DNA from: Hypanus sabinus
Taxonomy: Eukaryota
Assembly (NCBI RefSeq): GCF_030144855.1
Contig: NC_082716.1
Location: forward strand, 25,606,001-25,670,000
Length of the DNA stretch: 64,000 nt
Reading direction: 5' to 3'
Under the pieces are notes generated by a model. That model ran no database searches. It was not told the DNA's origin and saw only the letters and a program-made list of their open reading frames with translations. Of this stretch, positions 62,771 through 64,000 are shown piece after piece. The number at the start of each line of letters is the position of its first letter. The first letter of the stretch is position 1. A program made the translations under genes and the position numbers.

Positions 62771-63935
62771 TTAGAGTCATTAGAGAAGTGCAGCACAGAA
62801 ACAAGACTTTCAGCCCATCTAGTCCATGCCAAAACCATTTAAACTGCCTACTCCCATCAACCTGCATTGGGACCATAGCCCTCCATACCCCTACTATCCA
62901 AGTACCTATCCAAACTTCTCTTAAATGTTGAAATCAAGCTCACGTCCACCACTTGTGCTGGGAGCTCATTTCACACTCTTGTGACCCTATGGGTGAAGAA
63001 ATTTCTTCTCATGTTCCCCTTAAACTTCTCACCTTTCACCCTAAACACATGACTACTGGTTGTTGGGTTCGATTACAACCAATCCACCTAACCTCAGTGG
63101 GAAAAGCTTCCATGCAGTTACCCTTTCAATACCCATCATCATTTTGTATACTTCTATCAAATCTCCTTTCAATCTTCTACATTTTAAAGAATAAAGTCCT
63201 AACCTATTCAGTTTTTCCTTATAACTCAAGTCCCCCCAGACCTGGCAACATCCTTGTGAATTTTCTCTGCACTTTTTCAAACTTATTTACATCTTTCCTT
63301 TAGATAGGTGACCAAAACTGCACACAATATTCCAAATTAGACATCACCAATATCTTATATAACTTCAACATAACATCCCATCTTCTGTACTCAATATAGT
63401 ACTATAATCTATGAAGGCAATGTGCCAAAAGCTTTCTTTGTGACCTTATCCACCTGTGATGCCATTGTCAATGAATTCTGGACCTGTGTTCCCAGATTCC
63501 TTTGTTCTTCCATACTCCTCAGTGCCCTACTTTTCACTGTGTAACACCTACCCTAGTTGGTTCAATCAAAATGCAACACCTTGCACTTATCTGGTATTTT
63601 CAGCCCATCTTTCCAGCTGATCCAGACCCCTCTGCAAACCACGACAGTCTTCTTCGCTGTCCACTACACTGCTAATCTTGGTGCCATCTGCAAATTTACT
63701 GATCCAGTCAACCAGTCCATATCCAGATTGTCGATTATAGATGACAGACAACAATGGACCCAGCATCGGTCCCTGTGGCACTCTACTAGTCGCAGACCTC
63801 TGGTCAGACAGGCAACCATCTACTACCACTCTGTTTTTTTCCCACAAAGTCAATGTCTAATCCAATTTACGGCCTCATCTCGAATGCCAACCGAATGACC
63901 ATTCTTGTCCATGTGGGACCTTGTCAAATGCCTTG
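62771..63935 (-). mobile_element. CR1 LINE fragment
   Basis: VPQGPMLGP, ISKFADGTKI, LGLYSLKCRRLKGDLIEVYK; CR1 3' UTR. Confidence 0.92.
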
Positions 63936-64000
63936 CCATTCTTGTCCATTACTTCTCTGATCTTCCAGAGGACCAATTTCATCCTTTACAACCCTGTTGT

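Noticed and set aside
1-64000. CRISPR arrays, operons or other prokaryotic systems
   Set aside because: Vertebrate repeat-rich DNA; no regularly spaced repeat-spacer array or gene-dense region seen.

Overview
Repeat-dense vertebrate nuclear DNA with no recognisable intact host gene (intergenic or deep intron). The repeat mix (HER1-like CR1 LINEs, Rex1/Babar LINEs, HE1-like V-SINEs) points to a cartilaginous fish, most likely a ray; this is inference. Nearly all ORFs in the track are decayed CR1 or Rex1 fragments or their antisense. Notable items: (1) a full-length 2.7 kb Charlie/Buster hAT transposon (58553-61241), nested in a CR1 that is nested in a Rex1, whose transposase has only about 3 lesions; (2) a Penelope-like element with an inverted pseudo-LTR and hammerhead (46014-48113); (3) about ten dispersed copies of a minimal hammerhead-ribozyme module (consensus CAGTC CTGATGA AGGGTCTCGGCCC GAAA CGTC GACTG) from a second, Neptune-like Penelope family; (4) a BovB-like RTE fragment plus two RTE-dependent short elements, one a tRNA-headed AfroSINE-like SINE; (5) a TA-flanked MITE closely resembling mammalian MER2; (6) a TSD-flanked tRNA-Ser(GCT)/CR1-tail retro-chimera; also Tc1 derivatives and solo LTRs. 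Family names come from remembered motifs, not searches, and boundaries of degraded repeats are approximate.
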